Assembly: GCA_964016885.1 (NCBI GenBank) | Contig: OZ024742.1 | Span: forward strand, 15,376,001-15,440,000 | Source of the DNA: Eledone cirrhosa | Lineage: Eukaryota | Reading direction: 5' to 3' | Length of the DNA stretch: 64,000 nucleotides | Shown here: positions 1-15,000 of the stretch, piece by piece | How positions within the stretch are numbered: position 1 is the first letter of the stretch | How the letters are laid out: each line of letters starts with the position of its first letter | Translations under genes and position numbers: made by a program | The notes under the pieces: generated by a model | Databases searched by the model: none | What the model was told of the DNA's origin: nothing | Seen by the model: the letters and a program-made list of their open reading frames with translations, nothing else

Positions 1-3000
1 CTAGTCCCACGCTACCAATGTAATATGTTCACTAGTTCCACTCTACCAATGTAATATGTCCACTAGTTCCACTCTACCAATCTAGGATGTCCACTAGTTC
101 CACTCTACCAATGTAATATGTCCACTAGTTCCACTCTACGAATGTAATATGTCCACTAGTTCCACTCTACCAATGTAGGATGTCCACTAGTCCCACTCTA
201 CCAATGTAGGGTGTCCACTAGTTCCACTCTACCAATGTAATATGTCCACTAGTTCCACTCTACCAATGTAGTATGTCCACTAGTTTTACTCTACCAATGT
301 AATATGTACACTAGTTCCACTCTACCAATGTAATATGTCCACTAGTTCCACTCTACCAATGTAATATGTTCACTAGTTCCACTCTACCAATGTAATATGT
401 CTACTAGTTCCACTCTACCAATGTAATATGTCCACTAGTTCCACTCTACCAATGTAATATGTACACTAGTTCCACTATACCAATGTAGGATGTCCACTAA
501 TTCCACTCTATCAATGTAATATGTCCACTAGTTCCACTCTACCAATGTAGGATGTCCACTAGTTCCACTCTACCAATGTAGGATGTCCACTAGTTCCACT
601 CTACCAATGTAGGATGTCCACTAGTTCCACTCTACCAATGTAGGATGTCCACTAGTTCCACTCTACCAATGTAATATGTCCACTAGTTCCACTCTATCTA
701 TGTAATATGTCCACTAGTTCCACTCTACCAATGTAATATGTCCACTAGTTCCACTCTACCAATGTAGGATGTCCACTAGTTCCACTCTACCAATGTAATA
801 TGTCCACTTGTTCCACTCTACCAATGTAATATGTCCACTAGTTCCACTCTACCAATGTAATATGTCCACTAGTTCCACTCTACCAATGTAGGATGTCCAC
901 TAGTTCCACTCTACCAATGTAGGATGTCCACTAGTTCCACTCTACCAATGTAGGATGTCCACTAGTTCCACTCTACCAATGTAATATGTCCACTATTTCC
1001 ACTCTACCAATGTAATATGTCCACTAGTTCCACTCTACCAATGTAGGATGTCCACTAGTTCCACTCTACCAATGTAGGATGTCCACTAGTTCCACTCTAC
1101 CAATGTAGGATGTCCACTAGTTCCACTCTACCAATGTAGGATGTCCACTAGATCCACTCTACCAATGTAATATGTCCACTAGTTCCACTCTACCAATGTA
1201 GGATGTCCACTAGTTCCACTCTACCAATGCAATATGTCCACTAGTTCCACTCTACCAATGTAGGATGTCCACTAGTTCCACTCTACCAATGTAATATGTC
1301 CACTAGTTCCACTCTACCAATGTAATATGTCCACTAGTTCCACTCTACCAATGTAATATGTCCACTAGTTCCACTCTACCAACGTAATATATCCACTAGT
1401 TCCACTCTACCAATGTAATATGTCCACTAGTTCCACTCTACCAATGTAGGATGTCCACTAGTTCCACTGTACCAATGTAATATGTCCACTAGTTCCACTC
1501 TACCAATGTAGGATATCCACTAGTTCCACTCTACCAATGTAATATGTCCACTAGTTCCACTCTACCAATGTAGGATATCCACTAGTTCCACTCTACCAAT
1601 GTAATATGTCCACTAGTTCCACTCTACCAATGTAGGATGTCCACTAGTTCCACTCTACCAATGTAATATGTCCACTAGTTCCACTCTACCAATGTAATAT
1701 GTCCACTAGTTCCACTCTACCAATGTAGGATGTCCACTAGTTCCACTCTACCAATGTAGGATGTCCACTAGTTCCACTCTACCAATGTAATATGTCCACT
1801 AGTTCCACTCTACCAATGTAGGATCTCCACTAGTTCCACTCTACCAATTTAATATGTCCACTAGTTCCACTCTACCAATGTAGGATGTCCACTAGTTCCA
1901 CTCTACCAATGTAGGATGTCCACTAGTTCCACTCTACCAATGTAATATGTCAACTAGTTCCACTCTACCAATGTAATATGTTCACTAGTTCCACTCTACC
2001 AATGTAATATGTCCCCTAGTTCCACTCTACCAATGTAATATGTCCACTAGTTCCACTCTACCAACGTAATATGTTCACTTGTTTCACTCTACCAATGTAA
2101 TATGTCCACTAGTTCCACCCTACCAATGTAGTATGTCCACTAGTTCCACTCTACCAATGTAATATGTCCACTAGTTCCACTCTACCAATGTAGTATGTCC
2201 ACTAGTTCCACTCTACCAATGTAATATGTACACTAGTTCCACTCTACCAATGTAATATGTCCACTAGTTCCACTCTACCAATGTAATATGTCCACTAGTT
2301 CCAATCTACCAATGTAATATGTTCACTAGTTCCTCTACCAATGTAATATGTTCACTAGTTCCACTCTACCAATGTAATATGTCCCCTAGTTCCACTCTAC
2401 CAATGTAATATGTCCACTAGTCCCACGCTACCAATGTAATATGTTCACTAGTTCCACTCTACCAATGTAATATGTCCACTAGTTCCACTCTACCAATGTA
2501 GGATGTCCACTAGTTCCACTCTACCAATGTAATATGTCCACTAGTTCCACTCTACCAATGTAGGTTGTCCACTAGTTCCACTCTACCAATGTAATATGTC
2601 CACTAGTTCCACTCTACTAATGTAATATGTCCACTAGTTCCACTCTACCAATGTAGGATGTACACTAGTTCCACTCTACCAATGTAGGATGTACACTAGT
2701 TCCACTCTACCAATGTAATATGTCCACTAGTTCCACTCTACCAATGTAGTATGTCCACTAGTTCCACTCTACCAATGTAATATGTCCACTAGTTCCACTC
2801 TACCAATGTAATATGTCCACTAGTTCCACTCTACCAATGTAGTATGTCCACTAGTTTTACTCTACCAATGTAATATGTACACTAGTTCCACTCTACCAAT
2901 GTAATATGTCCACTAGTTCCACTCTACCAATGTAATATGTTCACTAGTTCCACTCTACCAATGTAATATGTCTACTAGTTCCACTCTACCAATGTAATAT

Positions 3001-6000
3001 GTCCACTAGTTCCACTCTACCAATGTAATATGTACACTAGTTCCACTATACCAATGTAGGATGTCCACTAATTCCACTCTACCAATGTAATATGTCCACT
3101 AGTTCCACTCTACCAATGTAAGATGTCCACTAGTTCCACTCTACCAATGTAGGATGTCCACTAGTTCCACTCTACCAATGTAGGATGTCCACTAGTTCCA
3201 CTCTACCAATGTAGGATGTCCACTAGTTCCACTCTACCAATGTAATATGTCCACTAGTTCCACTCTATCTATGTAATATGTCCACTAGTTCCACTCTACC
3301 AATGTAATATGTCCACTAGTTCCACTCTACCAATGTAGGATGTCCACTAGTTCCACTCTACCAATGTAATATGTCCACTAGTTCCACTCTACCAATGTAA
3401 TATGTCCACTAGTTCCACTCTACCAATGTAATATGTCCACTAGTTCCACTCTACCAATGTAGGATGTCCACTAGTTCCACTCTACCAATGTAGGATGTCC
3501 ACTAGTTCCACTCTACCAATGTAGGATGTCCACTAGTTCCACTCTACCAATGTAATATGTCCACTATTTCCACTCTACCAATGTAATATGTCCACTAGTT
3601 CCACTCTACCAATGTAGGATGTCCACTAGTTCCACTCTACCAATGTAGGATGTCCACTAGTTCCACTCTACCAATGTAGGATGTCCACTAGTTCCACTCT
3701 ACCAATGTAGGATGTCCACTAGTTCCACTCTACCAATGTAGGATGTCCACTAGTTCCACTCTACCAATGCAATATGTCCACTAGTTCCACTCTACCAATG
3801 TAGGATGTCCACTAGTTCCACTCTACCAATGTAATATGTCCACTAGTTCCACTCTACCAATGTAATATGTCCACTAGTTCCACTCTACCAACGTAATATA
3901 TCCACTAGTTCCACTCTACCAATGTAATATGTCCACTAGTTCCACTCTACCAATGTAGGATGTCCACTAGTTCCACTGTACCAATGTAATATGTCCACTA
4001 GTTCCACTCTACCAATGTAGGATATCCACTAGTTCCACTCTACCAATGTAATATGTCCACTAGTTCCACTCTACCAATGTAGGATATCCACTAGTTCCAC
4101 TCTACCAATGTAATATGTCCACTAGTTCCACTCTACCAATGTAGGATGTCCACTAGTTCCACTCTACCAATGTAATATGTCCACTAGTTCCACTCTACCA
4201 ATGTAATATGTCCACTAGTTCCACTACCAATGTAGGATGTCCACTAGTTCCACTCTACCAGTGTAGGATGTCCACTAGTTCCACTCTACCAATGTAATAT
4301 GTCCACTAGTTCCACTCTACCAATGTAGGATCTCCACTAGTTCCACTCTACCAATTTAATATGTCCACTAGTTCCACTCTACCAATGTAGGATGTCCACT
4401 AGTTCCACTCTACCAATGTAGGATGTCCACTAGTTCCACTCTACCAATGTAATATGTCAACTAGTTCCACTCTACCAATGTAGTATGTCCACTAGTTCCA
4501 CTCTACCAATGTAATATGTACACTAGTTCCACTCTACCAATGTAATATGTCCACTAGTTCCACTCTACCAATGTAATATGTCCACTAGTTCCAATCTACC
4601 AATGTAATATGTTCACTAGTTCCTCTACCAATGTAATATGTTCACTAGTTCCACTCTACCAATGTAATATGTCCCCTAGTTCCACTCTACCAATGTAATA
4701 TGTCCACTAGTCCCACGCTACCAATGTAATATGTTCACTAGTTCCACTCTACCAATGTAATATGTCCACTAGTTCCACTCTACCAATGTAGGATGTCCAC
4801 TAGTTCCACTCTACCAATGTAATATGTCCACTAGTTCCACTCTACCAATGTAGGTTGTCCACTAGTTCCACTCTACCAATGTAATATGTCCACTAGTTCC
4901 ACTCTACTAATGTAATATGTCCACTAGTTCCACTCTACCAATGTAGGATGTCCACTAGTTCCACTCTACCAATGTAGGATGTACACTAGTTCCACTCTAC
5001 CAATGTAATATGTCCACTAGTTCCACTCTACCAATGTAGTATGTCCACTAGTTCCACTCTACCAATGTAATATGTCCACTAGTTCCACTCTACCAATGTA
5101 ATATGTCCACTAGTTCCACTCTACCAATGTAGTATGTCCACTAGTTTTACTCTACCAATGTAATATGTACACTAGTTCCACTCTACCAATGTAATATGTC
5201 CACTAGTTCCACTCTACCAATGTAATATGTTCACTAGTTCCACTCTACCAATGTAATATGTCTACTAGTTCCACTCTACCAATGTAATATGTCCACTAGT
5301 TCCACTCTACCAATGTAATATGTACACTAGTTCCACTATACCAATGTAGGATGTCCACTAATTCCACTCTACCAATGTAATATGTCCACTAGTTCCACTC
5401 TACCAATGTAAGATGTCCACTAGTTCCACTCTACCAATGTAGGATGTCCACTAGTTCCACTCTACCAATGTAGGATGTCCACTAGTTCCACTCTACCAAT
5501 GTAGGATGTCCACTAGTTCCACTCTACCAATGTAATATGTCCACTAGTTCCACTCTATCTATGTAATATGTCCACTAGTTCCACTCTACCAATGTAATAT
5601 GTCCACTAGTTCCACTCTACCAATGTAGGATCTCCACTAGTTCCACTCTACCAATGTAATATGTCCACTAGTTCCACTCTACCAATGTAATATGTCCACT
5701 AGTTCCACTCTACCAATGTAATATGTCCACTAGTTCCACTCTACCAATGTAGGATGTCCACTAGTTCCACTCTACCAATGTAGGATGTCCACTAGTTCCA
5801 CTCTACCAATGTAGGATGTCCACTAGTTCCACTCTACCAATGTAATATGTCCACTATTTCCACTCTACCAATGTAATATGTCCACTAGTTCCACTCTACC
5901 AATGTAGGTTGTCCACTAGTTCCACTCTACCAATGTAATATGTCCACTAGTTCCACTCTACTAATGTAATATGTCCACTAGTTCCACTCTACCAATGTAG

Positions 6001-9000
6001 GATGTCCACTAGTTCCACTCTACCAATGTAGGATGTCCACTAGTTCCACTCTACCAATGTAATATGTCAACTAGTTCCACTCTACCAATGTAGTATGTCC
6101 ACTAGTTCCACTCTACCAATGTAATATGTACACTAGTTCCACTCTACCAATGTAATATGTCCACTAGTTCCACTCTACCAATGTAATATGTCCACTAGTT
6201 CCAATCTACCAATGTAATATGTTCACTAGTTCCTCTACCAATGTAATATGTTCACTAGTTCCACTCTACCAATGTAATATGTCCCCTAGTTCCACTCTAC
6301 CAATGTAATATGTCCACTAGTCCCACGCTACCAATGTAATATGTTCACTAGTTCCACTCTACCAATGTAATATGTCCACTAGTTCCACTCTACCAATGTA
6401 GGATGTCCACTAGTTCCACTCTACCAATGTAATATGTCCACTAGTTCCACTCTACCAATGTAGGTTGTCCACTAGTTCCACTCTACCAATGTAATATGTC
6501 CACTAGTTCCACTCTACTAATGTAATATGTCCACTAGTTCCACTCTACCAATGTAGGATGTCCACTAGTTCCACTCTACCAATGTAGGATGTACACTAGT
6601 TCCACTCTACCAATGTAATATGTCCACTAGTTCCACTCTACCAATGTAGTATGTCCACTAGTTCCACTCTACCAATGTAATATGTCCACTAGTTCCACTC
6701 TACCAATGTAATATGTCCACTAGTTCCACTCTACCAATGTAGTATGTCCACTAGTTTTACTCTACCAATGTAATATGTACACTAGTTCCACTCTACCAAT
6801 GTAATATGTCCACTAGTTCCACTCTACCAATGTAATATGTTCACTAGTTCCACTCTACCAATGTAATATGTCTACTAGTTCCACTCTACCAATGTAATAT
6901 GTCCACTAGTTCCACTCTACCAATGTAATATGTACACTAGTTCCACTATACCAATGTAGGATGTCCACTAATTCCACTCTACCAATGTAATATGTCCACT
7001 AGTTCCACTCTACCAATGTAAGATGTCCACTAGTTCCACTCTACCAATGTAGGATGTCCACTAGTTCCACTCTACCAATGTAGGATGTCCACTAGTTCCA
7101 CTCTACCAATGTAGGATGTCCACTAGTTCCACTCTACCAATGTAATATGTCCACTAGTTCCACTCTATCTATGTAATATGTCCACTAGTTCCACTCTACC
7201 AATGTAATATGTCCACTAGTTCCACTCTACCAATGTAGGATCTCCACTAGTTCCACTCTACCAATGTAATATGTCCACTAGTTCCACTCTACCAATGTAA
7301 TATGTCCACTAGTTCCACTCTACCAATGTAATATGTCCACTAGTTCCACTCTACCAATGTAGGATGTCCACTAGTTCCACTCTACCAATGTAGGATGTCC
7401 ACTAGTTCCACTCTACCAATGTAGGATGTCCACTAGTTCCACTCTACCAATGTAATATGTCCACTATTTCCACTCTACCAATGTAATATGTCCACTAGTT
7501 CCACTCTACCAATGTAGGATGTCCACTAGTTCCACTCTACCAATGTAGGATGTCCACTAGTTCCACTCTACCAATGTAGGATGTCCACTAGTTCCACTCT
7601 ACCAATGTAGGATGTCCACTAGTTCCACTCTACCAATGTAATATGTCCACTAGTTCCGCTCTACCAATGTAGGATGTCCACTAGTTCCACTCTACCAATG
7701 CAATATGTCCACTAGTTCCACTCTACCAATGTAGGATGTCCACTAGTTCCACTCTACCAATGTAATATGTCCACTAGTTCCACTCTACCAATGTAATATG
7801 TCCACTAGTTCCACTCTACCAACGTAATATATCCACTAGTTCCACTCTACCAATGTAATATGTCCACTAGTTCCACTCTACCAATGTAGGATGTCCACTA
7901 GTTCCACTGTACCAATGTAATATGTCCACTAGTTCCACTCTACCAATGTAGGATATCCACTAGTTCCACTCTACCAATGTAATATGTCCACTAGTTCCAC
8001 TCTACCAATGTAGGATATCCACTAGTTCCACTCTACCAATGTAATATGTCCACTAGTTCCACTCTACCAATGTAGGATGTCCACTAGTTCCACTCTACCA
8101 ATGTAATATGTCCACTAGTTCCACTCTACCAATGTAATATGTCCACTAGTTCCACTACCAATGTAGGATGTCCACTAGTTCCACTCTACCAGTGTAGGAT
8201 GTCCACTAGTTCCACTCTACCAATGTAATATGTCCACTAGTTCCACTCTACCAATGTAGGATCTCCACTAGTTCCACTCTACCAATTTAATATGTCCACT
8301 AGTTCCACTCTACCAATGTAGGATGTCCACTAGTTCCACTCTACCAATGTAGGATGTCCACTAGTTCCACTCTACCAATGTAATATGTCAACTAGTTCCA
8401 CTCTACCAATGTAATATGTTCACTAGTTCCACTCTACCAATGTAATATGTCCCCTAGTTCCACTCTACCAATGTAATATGTCCACTAGTTCCACTCTACC
8501 AACGTAATATGTTCACTTGTTTCACTCTACCAATGTAATATGTCCACTAGTTCCACCCTACCAATGTAGTATGTCCACTAGTTCCACTCTACCAATGTAA
8601 TATGTCCACTAGTTCCACTCTACCAATGTAGTATGTCCACTAGTTCCACTCTACCAATGTAATATGTACACTAGTTCCACTCTACCAATGTAATATGTCT
8701 ACTAGTTCCACTCTACCAATGTAATATGTCCACTAGTTCCAATCTACCAATGTAATATGTTCACTAGTTCCTCTACCAATGTAATATGTTCACTAGTTCC
8801 ACTCTACCAATGTAATATGTCCCCTAGTCCACTCTACCAATGTAATATGTCCACTAGTCCCACGCTACCAATGTAATATGTTCACTAGTTCCACTCTACC
8901 AATGTAATATGTCCACTAGTTCCACTCTACCAATGTAGGATGTCCACTAGTTCCACTCTACCAATGTAATATGTCCACTAGTTCCACTCTACGAATGTAA

Positions 9001-12000
9001 TATGTCCACTAGTTCCACTCTACCAATGTAGGATGTCCACTAGTCCCACTCTACCAATGTAGGATGTCCACTAGTTCCACTCTACCAATGTAATATGTCC
9101 ACTAGTTCCACTCTACCAATGTAATATGTCCACTAGTTCCACTCTACCAATGTAATATCTTCACTAGTTCCACTCTACCAATGTAATATGTCCACTAGTT
9201 CCACTCTACCAATGTAATATGTCCACTAGTTCCACTCTACCAATGTAATATGTCCACTAGTTCCACTCTACCAATGTAATATGTTCACTAATTCCACTCT
9301 ACCAATGTAGTATGTCCACTAGTTCCACTCTACCAATGTAATATATCCACTACTTCCACTCTACCAATGTAGGATGTCCACTAGTTCCACTCTACGAATG
9401 TAATATGTCCACTAGTTCCACTCTACCAATGTAATATGTCCACTAGTTCCACTCTCCCAATGTAATATGTCCACTAGTTCCACTCTACCGATGTAGGATG
9501 TCCACTAGTTCCACTCTACCAATGTAATATGTCCACTAGTTCCACTCTACCAATGTAGGTTGTCCACTAGTTCCACTCTACCAATGTAATATGTCCACTA
9601 GTTCCACTCTACTAATGTAATATGTCCACTAGTTCCACTCTACCAATGTAGGATGTCCACTAGTTCCACTCTACCAATGTAGGATGTACACTAGTTCCAC
9701 TCTACCAATGTAATATGTCCACTAGTTCCACTCTACCAATGTAGTATGTCCACTAGTTCCACTCTACCAATGTAATATGTCCACTAGTTCCACTCTACCA
9801 ATGTAATATGTCCACTAGTTCCACTCTACCAATGTAGTATGTCCACTAGTTTTACTCTACCAATGTAATATGTACACTAGTTCCACTCTACCAATGTAAT
9901 ATGTCCACTAGTTCCACTCTACCAATGTAATATGTTCACTAGTTCCACTCTACCAATGTAATATGTCCACTAGTTCCACTCTACCAATGTAATATGTCCA
10001 CTAGTTCCACTCTACCAATGTAATATGTACACTAGTTCCACTATACCAATGTAGGATGTCCACTAATTCCACTCTACCAATGTAATATGTCCACTAGTTC
10101 CACTCTACCAATGTAAGATGTCCACTAGTTCCACTCTACCAATGTAGGATGTCCACTAGTTCCAATCTACCAATGTAATATATTCACTAGTTCCACTCTA
10201 CCAATGTAGGATGTCCACTAGTTCCACTCTACCAATGTAATATGTCCACTAGTTCCACTCTATCAATGTAATATGTCCACTAGTTCCACTCTACCAATGT
10301 AATATGTCCACTAGTTCCACTCTACCAATGTAGGATGTCCACTAGTTCCACTCTACCAATGTAGGATGTCCACTAGTTCCACTCTACCAATGTAGGATGT
10401 CCACTAGTTCCACTCTACCATGTAGGATGTCCACTAGTTCCACTCTACCAATGTAGGATGTCCACTAGTTCCACTCTACCATGTAGGATGTCCACTAGTT
10501 CCACTCTACCAATGTAATATGTCCACTAGTTCCACTCTACCAATGTAATATGTCCACTAGTTCCACTCTATCAATGTAATATGTCCACTAGTTCCACTCT
10601 ACCAATGTAATATGTCCACTAGTTCCACTCTACCAATGTAGGATGTCCACTAGTTCCACTCTACCAATGTAATATGTCCACTAGTTCCACTCTACCAATG
10701 TAATATGTCCACTAGTTCCACTCTACCAATGTAATATGTCCACTAGTTCCACTCTACCAATGTAGGATGTCCACTCGTTCCACTCTACCAATGTAGGATG
10801 TCCACTAGTTCCACTCTATCAATGTAGGATGTCCACTAGTTCCACTCTACCAATGTAATATGTCCACTATTTCCACTCTACCAATGTAATATGTCCACTA
10901 GTTCCACTTACCAATGTAGGATGTCCACTAGTTCCACTCTACCAATGTAGGATGTCCACTAGTTCCACTCTACCAATGTAGGATGTCCACTAGTTCCACT
11001 CTACCAATGTAGGATGTCCACTAGTTCCACTCTACCAATGTAATATGTCCACTAGTTCCACTCTACCAATGTAGGATGTCCACTAGTTCCACTCTACCAA
11101 TGCAATATGTCCACTAGTTCCACTCTACCAATGTAGGATGTCCACTAGTTCCACTCTACCAATGTAATATGTCCACTAGTTCCACTCTACCAATGTAATA
11201 TGTCCACTAGTTCCACTCTACCAATGTAGGATGTCCACTAGTTCCACTGTACCAATGTAATATGTCCACTAGTTCCACTCTACCAATGTAGGATATCCAC
11301 TAGTTCCACTCTACCAATGTAATATGTCCACTAGTTCCACTCTACCAATGTAGGATATCCACTAGTTCCACTCTACCAATGTAATATGTCCACTAGTTCC
11401 ACTCTACCAATGTAGGATGTCCACTAGTTCCACTCTACCAATGTAATATGTCCACTAGTTCCACTCTACCAATGTAATATGTCCACTAGTTCCACTCTAC
11501 CAATGTAGGATGTCCACTAGTTCCACTCTACCAATGTAGGATGTCCACTAGTTCCACTCTACCAATGTAATATGTCCACTAGTTCCACTCTACCAATGTA
11601 GGATCTCCACTAGTTCCACTCTACCAATTTAATATGTCCACTAGTTCCACTCTACCAATGTAGGATGTCCACTAGTTCCACTCTACCAATGTAGGATGTC
11701 CACTAGTTCCACTCTACCAATGTAATATGTCAACTAGTTCCACTCTACCAATGTAATATGTTCACTAGTTCCACTCTACCAATGTAATATGTCCCCTAGT
11801 TCCACTCTACCAATGTAATATGTCCACTAGTTCCACACTACCAACGTAATATGTTCACTCTACCAATGTAATATGTCCACTAGTTCCACCCTACCAATGT
11901 AGTATGTCCACTAGTTCCACTCTACCAATGTAATATGTCCACTAGTTCCACTCTACGAATGTAGTATGTCCACTAGTTCCACTCTACCAATGTAATATGT

Positions 12001-15000
12001 ACACTAGTTCCACTCTACCGATGTAATATGTCCACTAGTTCCACTCTACCAATGTAAGATGTCCACTAGTTCCACTCTACCAATGTAGGATGTCCACTAG
12101 TTCCACTCTACCAATGTAATATGTACACTAGTTCCACTCTACCAATGTAGTATGTCCACTAGTTCCACTCTACCAATGTAATATGTCCACTAGTTCCACT
12201 CTACCAATGTAGGATGTCCACTCGTTCCACTCTACCAATGTAGGATGTCCACTAGTTCCACTCTACCAATGTAGGATGTCCACTAGTTCCACTCTACCAA
12301 TGTAATATGTCCTCTATTTCCACTCTACCAATGTAATATGTCCACTAGTTCCACTCTACCAATGTAGGATGTCCACTAGTTCCACTCTACCAATGTAGGA
12401 TGTCCACTAGTTCCACTCTACCAATGTAGGATGTCCACTAGTTCCACTCTACCAATGTAGGATGTCCACTAGTTCCACTCTACCAATGTAATATGTCCAC
12501 TAGTTCCACTCTACCAATGTAGGATGTCCACTAGTTCCACTCTACCAATGCAATATGTCCACTAGTTCCACTCTACCAATGCAATATGTCCACTAGTTCC
12601 ACTCTACCAATGTAGGATGTCCACTAGTTCCACTCTACCAATGTAATATGTCCACTAGTTCCACTCTACCAATGTAATATGTCCACTAGTTCCACTCTAC
12701 CAATGTAGGATGTCCACTAGTTCCACTGTACCAATGTAATATGTCCACTAGTTCCACTCTACCAATGTAGGATATCCACTAGTTCCACTCTACCAATGTA
12801 ATATGTCCACTAGTTCCACTCTACCAATGTAGGATATCCACTAGTTCCACTCTACCAATGTAATATGTCCACTAGTTCCACTCTACCAATGTAGGATGTC
12901 CACTAGTTCCACTCTACCAATGTAATATGTCCACTAGTTCCACTCTACCAATGTAATATGTCCACTAGTTCCACTCTACCAATGTAGGATGTCCACTAGT
13001 TCCACTCTACCAATGTAGGATGTCCACTAGTTCCACTCTACCAATGTAATATGTCCACTAGTTCCACTCTACCAATGTAATATGTCCACTAGTTCCACTC
13101 TACCAATGTAGGATCTCCACTAGTTCCACTCTACCAATTTAATATGTCCACTAGTTCCACTCTACCAATGTAGGATGTCCACTAGTTCCACTCTACCAAT
13201 GTAGGATGTCCACTAGTTCCACTCTACCAATGTAATATGTCAACTAGTTCCACTCTACCAATGTAATATGTTCACTAGTTCCACTCTACCAATGTAATAT
13301 GTCCCCTAGTTCCACTCTACCAATGTAATATGTCCACTAGTTCCACTCTACCAACATAATATGTTCACTTGTTTCACTCTACCAATGTAATATGTCCACT
13401 AGTTCCACCCTACCAATGTAGTATGTCCACTAGTTCCACTCTACCAATGTAATATGTCCACTAGTTCCACTCTACCAATGTAGTATGTCCACTAGTTCCA
13501 CTCTACCAATGTAATATGTACACTAGTTCCACTCTACCAATGTAATATGTCCACTAGTTCCACTCTACCAATGTAAGATGTCCACTAGTTCCACTCTACC
13601 AATGTAGGATGTCCACTAGTTCCACTCTACCAATGTAATATGTACACTAGTTCCACTCTACCAATGTAGTATGTCCACTAGTTCCACTCTACCAATGTAA
13701 TATGTACACTAGTTCCACTCTACCAATGTAATATGTCCACTAGTTCCACTCTACCAATGTAAGATGTCCACTAGTTCCACTCTACCAATGTAGGATGTCC
13801 ACTAGTTCCACTCTACCAATGTAATATGTCCACTAGTTCCAATCTACCAATGTAATATGTTCACTAGTTCCTCTACCAATGTAATATGTCCACTAGTTCC
13901 ACTCTACCAATGTAATATGTCCACTAGTTCCACTCTACCAATGTAATATGTACACTAGTTCCACTCTACCAATGTAGTATGTCCACTAGTTCCAATCTAC
14001 CAATGTAATATGTCCACTAGTTCCACTCTACCAATGTAAGATGTCCACTAGTTCCACTCTACCAATGTAGGATGTCCACTAGTTCCAATCTACCAATGTA
14101 ATATATCAACTACTTCCACTCTACCAATGTAGGATGTCCACTAGTTCCACTCTAGCAATGTAGGATGTCCACTAGTTCCACTCTACCAATGTAGGATGTC
14201 CACTAGTTCCACTCTACCAATGTAATATGTCCACTAGTTCCACTCTACCAATGTAATATGTCCACTAGTTCCACTCTACCAATGTAATATTTCCACTAGT
14301 TCCACTCTACCAATGTAATATGTCCACTAGTTCCACTCTACCAATGTAGGATGTCCACTAGTTCCAATCTACCAATGTAATATGTCCACTAGTTCCACTC
14401 TATCAATGTAATATGTCCACTAGTTCCACTCTACCAATGTAATATGTCCACTAGTTCCACTCTACCAATGTAATATGTCCACTAGTTCCACTCTACCAAT
14501 GTAATATTTCCACTAGTCCCACTCTACCAATGTAACATGTCCACTAGTTCCACTCTACCAATGTAGGATGTCCACTAGTTCCACTCTACCAATGTAGGAT
14601 GTCCACTAGTTCCACTCTACCAATGTAATATGTCCACTAGTTCCACTCTACCAATGTAATATGTCCACTAGTTCCACTCTACCAATGTAATATTTCCACT
14701 AGTTCCACTCTACCAATGTAATATGTCCACTAGTTCCACTCTACCAATGTAGGATGTCCACTAGTTCCACTCTACCAATGTAATATGTCCACTAGTTCCA
14801 CTCTATCAATGTAATATGTCCACTAGTTCCACTCTACCAATGTAATATGTCCACTAGTTCCACTCTACTAATGTAATATGTCCACTAGTTCCACTCTACC
14901 AATGTAATATTTCCACTAGTTCCACTCTACCAATGTAATATGTCCACTAGTTCCACTCTACCAATGTAGGATGTCCACTAGTTCCACTCTACCAATGTAA

